From positions 1-59,397 of IMG/VR virus record IMGVR_UViG_3300005882_000001: DNA of 59,397 bases; one strand, given 5' to 3'. The position numbers and the translations under genes are program-made. Shown here piece by piece: positions 42,701-51,094 of the stretch. Source of the stretch: a virus. The number at the start of each line of letters is the position of its first letter. The stretch's first letter is position 1. The notes below the pieces were generated by a model. That model saw only the letters and a program-made list of their open reading frames with translations, made no database searches and was not told where the DNA came from.

Positions 42701-45700
42701 CGCCATTAAATCTAATGCGTATTGCTTTAGGTTTTTGCCGTTTGGGTGTATTTCTCTAGCTATGTTGCGTGTGACTTCCACAGCATCTTTTGCATAAAAT
42801 ATCTGCTTAGAGTTACCCGCGCCAGCTTCAAAGGCTGAATCTGCTCCTTTGGCACCACCCGAATTTAATGTATACCCTTTACCTGCTAAATACTCCGCAA
42901 TGCTTTTCATTGTTTCGAGTATTTCAGGTGGGGTGTTGCGGGAGCCTATTCCGGCGTAAACCATAGTATTTTGTCCGGCTTCGTATTCTGGAATACTATC
43001 AAAATCAGTAATTTTTGTATCCGCCATTTCCTCGTTTTTGGTTTTAGCGGGACCTACTTCTGCACTAGGGGCAACAGTTCCGGTTTCATCCACTATAAAT
43101 GCGCTCAGCTTATCTGCAAACCATTCTTCGAATTCTGCTTGGCTTAAATCTTGTTTACGCAATTCTTTCATTGCTTCTAAGCGCAAAGCACGAGATTCTG
43201 CTTGGCTCACGCTAGCCATGGTACGCGCATAGACATAGTGGCCGATTTCATGACCAAGTGCCATGGCACGATTAAATCGCGCCTGTTGGTTTGGCTTAGC
43301 CGAAGCAAACGGACGAAGCATAACTACGCCAAAGTCGCCCATTGGTACATAGGCCGCGTACGCGCCTTTGTTAATCGATTCCTGAGCTTCAAGCAGTAAT
43401 CGGAACCGGTAGTCTTTATGCACTCGGTTCGCAGGCACACCTAAGATTTTTGCGAACGCCCCGCGGAGTTCCGCCATATCTTTGGCAGATGAAGTCATCA
43501 CGTAGAAGTTAGAACCACTGCCAAGTACTTTTCGCACTTTGCCCATGATGGCTTTTTCTTCTTGGGTAATAGACGGTGTTGCAATTGTCTTATCCGACTT
43601 ACCGCCAAAAATTTGTTTCAGTTGTTTGAAACCAACTTCAAGTGTATTCGGAGTACGCTTATTCCCAGGAGCCTTTGAACCAACGCCGATGTCGGATTGG
43701 TTCTCATTCGCCTCGTCTATCATGCGTTTTTTGGCTTCGTCTTTTGCTTCGCGAGCAGCCGCCAAGTCGTCAAAATACTGTTGGAAGAAGTTCTCAGGGT
43801 TAGTATTTGAACTGAAATATTCAAACACGCCGTCGCGTTCCATCTGCAATAGTTGCTTCGGACTAAGCTGCGCCGCCCATAATTCCATAGGCAACGCCGG
43901 GCCCTCGGTGTTTTCAACATATGATAGATAAACATCTTCAACAGGCGAGTAAGCATCAGTTGGGTTATCAATCATGTCGAGTAACATGCGTCGACGCCCT
44001 TCGGTCGCTAAATCTAGTCGACTCAATCTACCAGCTTTTACTAATGGTGCTAAACGCTCAGCGACAATCGCTGCCTGGGCTGGGCTATCCTGCGCGGCTT
44101 TATGCAGGCGTTTATACATTTGTTCGATTGTTTCTTTAGTTGTGTCAAGCGCTGGTGCAAACTGCCCCATTGGGATTTGGCCTTTCAACCAAGACAGCCA
44201 TTCGAACGCCTGGCTTACCGCCGAACGTTTCACTTCACCAGTGATATCTACCGCAAATTTATTATTAACCAAGTCCGCATAGGTATAATCACGGTCAGGG
44301 GTTTTATAAATCACCGCGCTGTTTTTGTTTAAAAACTTGGCGTTGCCTTTAGCATCTTTGGTGATTTCCGTTGCCCCCATTAACTGCTGGCGTACGATAT
44401 CTGGGTTAGCAGAGTCTTCAACTAGAAGTTCATATACATAAGGGAACGTATCCAACATACGCTGGCGCAACGAAACTTGTTCGTTGTATGAATCACGATT
44501 AGCGTCAAGCAACATAGACAACAACTGATTCAAATTAACATGCGAGACTCCGCCGCGTTTGTTGGTGTAAACAAACAAACCAGAAATTGGCTCGCCTTTG
44601 CGGTTAGTTACAATAACCTGGCCCTCGTTGTCATATTCAACTTTTGCTGCTGGTATTGTGCCGCGTGCAGTTTGCCATGCGCGTTTAATTGCTTTACGAA
44701 GTGGCAAAGAACCAGCGGCATAATCCGCCGCCGTAAGTCCTTCGCTTTGTGCCTCTAGACGTTCGCTATCGGTTACATCCTCGTCGGCTTCATAATCAAT
44801 ATCGCTGTCCGTTTCTGAGTCTTCTTTTTTATAGCCTTTGGCTTCGTCTGCGGTACGTTTGCTCGAGACAATTTGCTCTCCACGCGTAGCGGCACTTGGC
44901 TCGATTACTTCAATAAAATAACCAGTGTCTTCATTACCGACAATTTCGAATTCAGTTAAATTAAACTCAGGTAGGCGGCCTAGCTCCGCAATAGCGGCGT
45001 TAGCAGTTTTCGCATCAGGAAACCCTTGTGACATTTTCTCTTCAAACTTGGAATCTTCCAAAGAAAACATGGCATCCTGCGCGGCTTTTGCATCGACATT
45101 ACCATTTGCGTCATGGAGCAGACCGCGTTTGTTTTCGCTGTTTGATAATTCACGATTGGCGTTCAAAATATTCATACCCAGGTATTTACGCTCTGGGTTT
45201 ATTGCTTCGCCATCGCTCGCCACATCGTCTGATTTTTCACTAACCGAAATTCGATAGGTTCCATCATCCAATTCAACTGGCTCAAAAATTTTCGATGGGT
45301 GAGCAGACGCCAATAGAGGAACAACATTATCCACTTGCTGTTTATTAAATGGCTTAGTTTTTTTAGCATCTTTGCTGGCGCTACGGTAGTTCACTCGATT
45401 ACCGCCGTCGATAAACAATAAATCAGGGCCAATGAATTCTGGCTCCTGTTGAGTTTCGATTGTCTTCGGCGTGCCGTCTTTGTTAACTCGTTGTGATAAT
45501 ACTTCTTGTGCTGTTTTACGTGAGCGCTCTTTCGCACTTGGTCCGAGTTTACGACGCTTCGCTATTACTTCTTCTGCGGTTTGTTCAGTCCACTCATGCA
45601 CCACCGGTTCTTGGCCGGTGCGCTCCCGTGCGGCGTTTTGTGCTGAAACTAATTGTTCTGGACCTTCGACAAGCACAGGAGAACCTTGCGCACCGGACTC

Positions 45701-47311
45701 GTCGACTGGAATAACCATGTGCGTTGGGTTCTCTGGTTTATTATCCACGCCATAGTTTTGCACTGCGCCGAGACCTCGTTCAGAAGCAAGCTGTTTTACT
45801 TCATCGACTTTATCTGGCGTAGTGACTAAAGAACCGCCGCGGGCAGATTCATCCTGAACACCTGGAATTGTATCAATACCCACTTCGACCATTTCGCCTG
45901 AGTACACAGCTTGTTGTAGTTCAAGCGGGAGTTGTTCTTCAGGTGAACGATAAAAGGCTTTTTGTTTACCGGCTTTCGTTGCTTTAACTGAAACAGAATT
46001 TTCTTCTTCGGTTACAGGTAGAGGCTTCTGGTTAGTAGCTAAATATTCGTCCGGTTGTGTAAAACCAGTTTTGCCTTCTAGTTGTTCCGGAGTAAGAACT
46101 AAATTAGGCTCAGCATTATGTTGCTGATTGCCAGCTAAGTATGGGTCTGGTTCTCTAAAACCGGTCTCGCCTTCCAACTGTTCCGGAGTAAGAACTAAAT
46201 TAGGTTCGGCGTTTCGCTGGTTCCCTGCCAAATATGGGTCAGGTTGTTCAAACCCACTAGTAGGCGTGGGTTCGGGTTGTAGGGGTGTGTCAACGGCTTC
46301 AGTAGAGTCGGCCACACCTGGTTCTGCGATATTTTCTTCATCGCTATATTCAAAGACAGGTTCTTCCGCGAAGCTTGTATCCGTAGCATCAGTTTTGTTT
46401 TTGAGATTTTCTTTAATAGCTTTATTTTGTTTTAGTGTTCTTGGAATCCCGCTAAGACCACCTAACGAACCACCGCCAAAATAAGCGCGAGTAGCACTGT
46501 TCCAGAATTTACTAAAAACTTCAGATTCTACAAGCTCTTCCCCAGTAAGCGCCGATATAGCAGTATCATCTAAAAGAGACTGCGCCCCTTCCGTCAAACC
46601 CTCAGCTAATCCCATAGAATTAAAGTCTTTTACTGCTTGCAGGGTAACACTTTTTGGTGTTTTAGGTAGATTGGCTGCTCCGCGTAATTTACCTGCTGGT
46701 TTTAATACAATATCGGATAGTTTATTTACCGGTAGGTATTCTAATCCGAGTTTACCAAGAGAAGTCGCGAGTACCGCCGCAGGGTCTTTAATATCACTAT
46801 CATTAAAACTTAGTTGCGTTTCACCAAGTAATTGAGGGGAACTTCCAGCCATCGCACCAGCGGACGAAGCTCGTTTTAGCGCAGATTTAGATAGCTGACT
46901 AGCAAGCGTTTTTCCAAAGGCGGCACGGGCCATAACGCCAGCGCCGCCAGAGCCTAGCATGGTTGCGGCTTGCGGTATAAATTCTGCGATGGATTCTAGG
47001 GCAAACGTACCTAGCTGTGCATAAGAATCAATATCTTCAAATTTTTGTATTGAAGCTGGGGCGAGCATTGCTTTGTTTAAATTATTCTCAACACCTTCCT
47101 GCGCCCATTCGCTAAGAGCCTCAGAACCAACTATATCTCCCAACCAATCAACAGAAGCATAAAGCATGGCGTCGAGGTTATCTTTACCTCTGGCGATGCC
47201 CTGCTCAAAATTACCACGGCCAGCGGCAGAATTTACATTCTGCCAATCTCCGAGTCGTGTACCGCTGATATCACCAGATTTTAATCGCTCGAGTCTGTCG
47301 TCTGTGGCCAT
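39770..47311 (-). CDS. Giant (2513 aa) multidomain virion/ejection ('polyvalent') protein
   Basis: A single uninterrupted ORF with an AAGGAAG RBS. It contains an HExxH motif (ALGHEIGHYV), a DprA/SLOG-like domain (YAGIGSRNTPP...LNSGGAKGADSAFEAGA), a CBM5/12-like motif, 29-aa tandem repeats and C-terminal hydrophobic segments. It lies within the structural module. Confidence 0.85.
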   Translation of the reverse strand: MATDDRLERLKSGDISGTRLGDWQNVNSAAGRGNFEQGIARGKDNLDAMLYASVDWLGDIVGSEALSEWAQEGVENNLNKAMLAPASIQKFEDIDSYAQLGTFALESIAEFIPQAATMLGSGGAGVMARAAFGKTLASQLSKSALKRASSAGAMAGSSPQLLGETQLSFNDSDIKDPAAVLATSLGKLGLEYLPVNKLSDIVLKPAGKLRGAANLPKTPKSVTLQAVKDFNSMGLAEGLTEGAQSLLDDTAISALTGEELVESEVFSKFWNSATRAYFGGGSLGGLSGIPRTLKQNKAIKENLKNKTDATDTSFAEEPVFEYSDEENIAEPGVADSTEAVDTPLQPEPTPTSGFEQPDPYLAGNQRNAEPNLVLTPEQLEGETGFREPDPYLAGNQQHNAEPNLVLTPEQLEGKTGFTQPDEYLATNQKPLPVTEEENSVSVKATKAGKQKAFYRSPEEQLPLELQQAVYSGEMVEVGIDTIPGVQDESARGGSLVTTPDKVDEVKQLASERGLGAVQNYGVDNKPENPTHMVIPVDESGAQGSPVLVEGPEQLVSAQNAARERTGQEPVVHEWTEQTAEEVIAKRRKLGPSAKERSRKTAQEVLSQRVNKDGTPKTIETQQEPEFIGPDLLFIDGGNRVNYRSASKDAKKTKPFNKQQVDNVVPLLASAHPSKIFEPVELDDGTYRISVSEKSDDVASDGEAINPERKYLGMNILNANRELSNSENKRGLLHDANGNVDAKAAQDAMFSLEDSKFEEKMSQGFPDAKTANAAIAELGRLPEFNLTEFEIVGNEDTGYFIEVIEPSAATRGEQIVSSKRTADEAKGYKKEDSETDSDIDYEADEDVTDSERLEAQSEGLTAADYAAGSLPLRKAIKRAWQTARGTIPAAKVEYDNEGQVIVTNRKGEPISGLFVYTNKRGGVSHVNLNQLLSMLLDANRDSYNEQVSLRQRMLDTFPYVYELLVEDSANPDIVRQQLMGATEITKDAKGNAKFLNKNSAVIYKTPDRDYTYADLVNNKFAVDITGEVKRSAVSQAFEWLSWLKGQIPMGQFAPALDTTKETIEQMYKRLHKAAQDSPAQAAIVAERLAPLVKAGRLSRLDLATEGRRRMLLDMIDNPTDAYSPVEDVYLSYVENTEGPALPMELWAAQLSPKQLLQMERDGVFEYFSSNTNPENFFQQYFDDLAAAREAKDEAKKRMIDEANENQSDIGVGSKAPGNKRTPNTLEVGFKQLKQIFGGKSDKTIATPSITQEEKAIMGKVRKVLGSGSNFYVMTSSAKDMAELRGAFAKILGVPANRVHKDYRFRLLLEAQESINKGAYAAYVPMGDFGVVMLRPFASAKPNQQARFNRAMALGHEIGHYVYARTMASVSQAESRALRLEAMKELRKQDLSQAEFEEWFADKLSAFIVDETGTVAPSAEVGPAKTKNEEMADTKITDFDSIPEYEAGQNTMVYAGIGSRNTPPEILETMKSIAEYLAGKGYTLNSGGAKGADSAFEAGAGNSKQIFYAKDAVEVTRNIAREIHPNGKNLKQYALDLMARNTNQVFGRDLKSPVDFVLTWTRDGATTSSERSIKTGGTGQAIDMASRKGVPVFNLAKEGELERFKQFIENKSKRADTGGLAEKTYPVFERVVARLRELFDALTDGLNERFRTNARFNRFMRTVIAQNKFRAPHYFGYDTHKNMTGQGAGFASDANKLVRKMKVQAHRLKRRNGKFKFFETINTYGGFTDTEFRNLVGDEFANQIKTRSQSNDASVQVLHRPIKRVWNSKNSYGKGDIVYHNGNFFKAERAIPAGSKAPSFEKTKGPRAWTYVKREKLGEERSAKQGYLDAKEHWGARWTHVFSSLLPKDPKTWDAWLVDNVVNPKTIHPEFKKQMDEFWAYLNSRMGGRLGNTPGYRLPRVFKMDTLMSAEGKAEFTDLIRKYLKDKNGNPLTQAQADKYIEAFYKHVVENDGMDADHTFAVSNIQTVGLAQKYSRMLRDIPDSELEQFMEAPSARLFKYIKQGTKRAELESRMGGYRAIDVLFNKLMNDRAEGRHVDPEFFATVQDLKKKYEKKKADWEESLAGAKDAVKAAEKELANAKAGDKGRIKNKIKILENVVSKLLDNKPEAPKFWDPMGRFEEVMESVDKPEDRRRLRKAMDAILGRSGLDMNPTARKFQQYLVSLQYYTTLLFAVPASISDFGNILVRTKDFSSFAKNVKNMLKNISQYHTLAEQARIMGLAQHDAIVSIIQSQYGEMYMDPKVQKWNETFFRFTGLEQFTRMTRVVAMGMGKDFIREHARKAGNGDKRSERYLRELGLEAADVALWESLGEPVSMSAKDPNSRTIVKVLDALDQFVTESVLRPDAGQRPVWANDMRFQLVWQLKSFFWAFAHNIMGGIYREMRSRAIETGNPLEIAAPTVLASISLLPLAALGLSLRETIKYGFEEDPTDDEDMISYTYELFDRAGGLGPLNLVQGMFDATERGNSGVISLLGPTAGHAETFLSDGFAAGVKRGIPVHNQLNGSIFGINYDFWKE
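46020..46260 (-). repeat. About 2.5 tandem copies of an 87-90-nt (29-30 aa) coding repeat inside the giant gene
   Basis: The protein reads GFEQPDPYLAGNQRNAEPNLVLTPEQLEGET / GFREPDPYLAGNQQHNAEPNLVLTPEQLEGKT / GFTQPDEYLATNQ. At the DNA level, tgttccggagtaagaactaaattagg is repeated at about 46082 and 46169. Confidence 0.9.
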
Positions 47312-47323
47312 GCGCTTCTTCCT

Positions 47324-49369
47324 TTAGCGCCCTTGTTTCATTTGTTCCAAGACGCGCTGAGTGTATTTATCAATAGATAACTTTTCGTTTTTCTGTTTAT
47401 GCCACTCTTCCGCAGAAGCGACAAAACCTAAAAGTGTTTTGTTTGGGTGGATACCATAATTCTTGTGCATTTCCGCAGCAAACGCAACTAATTGTTGCTG
47501 TTCTGATTCATCAACTAACCCGATAGTTCGGCCTACAGCATTTTTCAAACCAATAAACCCACCGAACATTTCGCGTACAATTGGTATATTGCCCAATGCT
47601 GAAGTATTAGCACGATGGGCCGCAGTCATTTCACTACCGTAACCCATACGTTTTAATTGTAATAATACATTACCAACAACAATGTCTTCTGTTGTTAAAT
47701 CTTCTTCAAAATAACCAGTAAAACTTTTATCATTTACGAGGTTAGTCATATGAACCATTTGAGTTAGGTCATTGGCATGTTTTGGGTCAAACAAATCGTA
47801 TGGTTTACCGTTTTTATCTACTACACCGTACCCACTTAATTGCTCCTGTGCTTCGATTAAGTCAGAATACATTTCGTTTGCATAGGATTCTATTTCTTCT
47901 TTAGTTAACTCAGAGCCTTTGCGTCCATCAGGAGTTACAAAGTTAGGGTTATTCACACCAATCATTACCGAATCTTTTACTAATTGCCGGCGTGATTTTT
48001 CGTTTGCCAATGCTTTTGCTTCATTATCGAGCCGCGCGCCTTGCAGCGCTGCGGCACGCTCCGCGTAGCTTTTCTCTGCCTCTGCATAATATTTTCTTGC
48101 TTGCGCTTGATTAGCTAATGACGCTGTTTTTTGCGTAGCAATTTTTGCTTCCAACTCATTCCGATAGCCGGTAGATACATATGTCTTGTACTCTTCTGGT
48201 GACCATAAACCAGCGCGCAACATAGGCAAACCGACTTGGGTACGGGTGTATTTTTTGACTTCTGGGCCGCGGCTAACAATTTCTTCTGCGCGTTGTTGCT
48301 GCTCAGAATTAATTGGGCCTTGTTTTTCCATCGCCTTTACTGGGTCCTTTACTGCTTCTTTTGCAGAAGTGCGCGGTATGCGAACCCCCGGCGTTGGGTC
48401 AGCCGCATCAGAAAATACCAACGGTTTTGTTGGCGCTTCGTTCTTATCAACCGGCTTTTCGTCATCAGTTGGTATATTATATGGTGGCGATATATTATCG
48501 CCAGTATACGCGCGAGTTCTGTAGGATGCTTCTGGTGTAGTTTTAAGCGCCGAAGCTACAAAATCTGATATACCCTGACCTAATGTTTTTTTGTTTCTAG
48601 GTTTATCATCATCTTCTGGCAAAATAACTAATGATGGGTCAACGGTTAATTCAGGCTTTTGCCGCACTGGTTGTTGTTCGGGAGCTGCGCCAAGAGGTGT
48701 TTGGCTAACCGTTGTATTACTACTCTGCACAGTAGTAGGTAAAACCTCAGCGTTTTCATTAGCCAACAACCTATTTTCGTACTCTTGCGAGGCGGCAATA
48801 TCTGTCGCCCCAAAGTTACCGCGGCTCGCAATCTGATTTACACGGGCGTTCACAAAGTCTGCGTCTTCTTTGCTGATTGGCATCAACGATGTGGTGCGAC
48901 GGCCACGTGCATCGGGCATAATAACACGTGCTTGTAATGAACCATCGGGCGCAGTAACTACGCCGCCGAAGAAACCATCAGTGCCTTCAGGTACACCAAC
49001 CATTTCATTGAACATGTTTTTGAGCGTTGGGTTAGTGTTAACCAAACTAGCAAACTGTACGTTTTGTTCGTCATTCAATGAAGTGATATCGAAGCCTTTG
49101 GTCATATCAATGCCGGTGCTTTCGAATAACTGCTGGATACCGTCGTGCTCGCGTCCGCGGGTTAGTAATTCGCGGTTCTGCTCATTCTGTAATTTAAGAC
49201 CGCCGGTTAATTCACGCTGATAATCATTCAGAACACCCTGGCGTTCGCGCTGTAACTCCATGGCTTCTTTTTCAAGCTTTAGGCGTTCTTGGTCAAAGTG
49301 AATCCCTTTCGCAAAAGAGAGTCCTTGCAAAAGCCCCGTCAAACCTGTGTCGAAATCCTGCGAGTACAT
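47324..49369 (-). CDS. Large internal virion or structural protein (681 aa)
   Basis: It lies immediately upstream of the giant gene. It has coiled-coil segments and a low-complexity middle. Confidence 0.65.
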   Translation of the reverse strand: MYSQDFDTGLTGLLQGLSFAKGIHFDQERLKLEKEAMELQRERQGVLNDYQRELTGGLKLQNEQNRELLTRGREHDGIQQLFESTGIDMTKGFDITSLNDEQNVQFASLVNTNPTLKNMFNEMVGVPEGTDGFFGGVVTAPDGSLQARVIMPDARGRRTTSLMPISKEDADFVNARVNQIASRGNFGATDIAASQEYENRLLANENAEVLPTTVQSSNTTVSQTPLGAAPEQQPVRQKPELTVDPSLVILPEDDDKPRNKKTLGQGISDFVASALKTTPEASYRTRAYTGDNISPPYNIPTDDEKPVDKNEAPTKPLVFSDAADPTPGVRIPRTSAKEAVKDPVKAMEKQGPINSEQQQRAEEIVSRGPEVKKYTRTQVGLPMLRAGLWSPEEYKTYVSTGYRNELEAKIATQKTASLANQAQARKYYAEAEKSYAERAAALQGARLDNEAKALANEKSRRQLVKDSVMIGVNNPNFVTPDGRKGSELTKEEIESYANEMYSDLIEAQEQLSGYGVVDKNGKPYDLFDPKHANDLTQMVHMTNLVNDKSFTGYFEEDLTTEDIVVGNVLLQLKRMGYGSEMTAAHRANTSALGNIPIVREMFGGFIGLKNAVGRTIGLVDESEQQQLVAFAAEMHKNYGIHPNKTLLGFVASAEEWHKQKNEKLSIDKYTQRVLEQMKQGR

Positions 49370-49379
49370 ATGCGTTCCT

Positions 49380-50087
49380 TTAAATTAAAAATGCCATCAG
49401 CGCGGCAGTGGCTAACCCTAAATTCTGATTACGCGCAGAAGCCGAAGCATTAGCATTCGCCATCTCACGACTGGCTTGCATGCCTGCCGCTTGGCTTAAG
49501 CCTTGCGACCCTTGTTGTGCGGCACCTAACGCTGTTGAAATTAATTCAGCGCGACGGTTTTGGTTCGTATCACGTTGCTGAATCCGAGCGTTATTTATCG
49601 CTGCATCTGATTCTTGTGCTGTAGTAAAACTGCCACGGCGTTCAAGCGCTTTGCGTTGCGCCGGCGTTAGGCTGGCTAATGAACGTGAAGCTTGGCGACC
49701 ACGAATTTCGCTCGTACGTTCGCCCATGCCTTCGATACGGTCTTGCGCGCCTTCAACAATATCCCGTGAGTTAGCTGACTCAATCATGTCGTCAATCAAC
49801 GGCTGGTACATATCTTGGTATGTACGCCAATCACGCATCGAGACATCCGACAGCGTTTGGTCTGGGTCGGTGACATTTCGCAACGTAGTTGCGCCGCGAA
49901 CACCTAAATCCATATCGTTAGGGCCACCGATAATCTGACGACCTGGTTCACCGCCTAAAAAAACCATGCCACCACGACGATACTGCGCCATTTTATTAAA
50001 ACCAGTACCCATCGGCGTGACTCGTTCGCCTTGCATGCGGTATGTTGTTGGTCGGGCTACACCCAACGGAAGCGCGTCTAGGCTCAT
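49380..50087 (-). CDS. Virion structural protein (putative)
   Basis: 235-aa ORF in the structural block. Confidence 0.6.
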   Translation of the reverse strand: MSLDALPLGVARPTTYRMQGERVTPMGTGFNKMAQYRRGGMVFLGGEPGRQIIGGPNDMDLGVRGATTLRNVTDPDQTLSDVSMRDWRTYQDMYQPLIDDMIESANSRDIVEGAQDRIEGMGERTSEIRGRQASRSLASLTPAQRKALERRGSFTTAQESDAAINNARIQQRDTNQNRRAELISTALGAAQQGSQGLSQAAGMQASREMANANASASARNQNLGLATAALMAFLI

Positions 50088-50659
50088 TATGTTGGTACTC
50101 CCAATTTATTCGGGCTGTTTGCCGCGGCATCAACAACTTCGTCGTCGGCAAAAATACCTAAATCATTTTTATAAGCATAGCTTAAACCGCCGGCGAGTGT
50201 CCCGCCAGCTTGCATTAAAGCACCGCGTTTTGCCATATCGCGTTGGACTTTGTCCTGCGCTTTTTTGTTAGCAATATCCGCTAAACTGGCCATGCTGTTT
50301 TGCGCAGTTGCCGATAAGCCTTTACCGGTTCGAAGCGCACGGTTAATAGATTGACCGCGATGTTCTTTCGCTTGCGTAGTACCTTCAATCATCGCCACGT
50401 TACGCGCGTTTTCAAGCGTATCGACAGTCGCCAGGGACTTAAACGGGCTGGCGCGGTTAGTCGGTATTTGGCGCGCCATAATAGCTTGGTCCGCAGAAAT
50501 TTGTCCGAGTACTTCGCGCGTTCGGTCGCGCTTTGATTCATTAACAAAATCTTTACCAATCTTGCCTTGGATATACTGCGATTCGCGCGAGGTAGCGTCC
50601 GCGATGCGAGCGAGCGTACTTTCGTGTACCGATTTTTCTGCTTTAGGTGCACTTGACAT
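50087..50659 (-). CDS. Virion structural protein (putative)
   Basis: 190-aa ORF. ATGA-type overlap with the downstream gene. Confidence 0.6.
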   Translation of the reverse strand: MSSAPKAEKSVHESTLARIADATSRESQYIQGKIGKDFVNESKRDRTREVLGQISADQAIMARQIPTNRASPFKSLATVDTLENARNVAMIEGTTQAKEHRGQSINRALRTGKGLSATAQNSMASLADIANKKAQDKVQRDMAKRGALMQAGGTLAGGLSYAYKNDLGIFADDEVVDAAANSPNKLGVPT

Positions 50660-51094
50660 TTATTTTACCTCTCGCACAAATGTTACCGACAACGCTGGGA
50701 AAAACTTAAATTTTGCTAAGCGCCGATTCCAAGCGTCTGCGCGTTTCGTTCCAAACTTAATATTAATCGCATTTAATCGTTTTGCCAATGAATCTAAATA
50801 ATCTATGGCTAATTCTAAATCAGCACGACTTAACCGAGTTCGGGCATACGCAATCCATACAAATAGGCTTAGGTTATCATTCAGGTCGTACTCTTCAGTT
50901 AATAACATAAACCCAATTGTTTTGCCGCTTTTTTTCGCCACAACAACCACCGCGGCGTGTTCTAGTAATTTGGCCTCGATATGGTGCCAGTTATGTTGTT
51001 CTTTCGAACGACGGCTAAAGTCTACTAACCAATCTCGATGGGTAACCAAGAACTCCAAAGACCGCTCTGGGGTTAACATGTTATAGGTTACCAT
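50660..51094 (-). CDS. Hypothetical protein with a weak GNAT-like pattern
   Basis: The pattern is AAVVVVAKKSGKTIGFMLL followed by VWIAYARTRLSRADLELAIDYLDSLAKRL. No canonical R/QxxGxG/A motif is present. Confidence 0.55.
   Translation of the reverse strand: MVTYNMLTPERSLEFLVTHRDWLVDFSRRSKEQHNWHHIEAKLLEHAAVVVVAKKSGKTIGFMLLTEEYDLNDNLSLFVWIAYARTRLSRADLELAIDYLDSLAKRLNAINIKFGTKRADAWNRRLAKFKFFPALSVTFVREVK

Noticed and set aside
40841-46484. Numerous plus-strand ORFs (for example 42339-42797, 43539-43931, 46128-46484) inside the giant gene, and similar shadows opposite the portal, scaffold and TerL genes (for example 54784-55341, 57450-57965)
   Set aside because: These are antisense shadow ORFs of long, clearly coding minus-strand genes. 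Their translations are low in complexity and they have no start context.
39770-47311. Virion RNA polymerase call for the giant ORF, including the DSDID string (EDSETDSDIDYEADED) as a DxDxD catalytic motif and RRNGKFKFFETINTYGG as T7-like motif B
   Set aside because: The DxDxD match lies in a low-complexity acidic linker. The R/K/YG spacing does not fit T7-like motif B, and no motif A or C partners were seen. I left this as an open question for structure-based searches.
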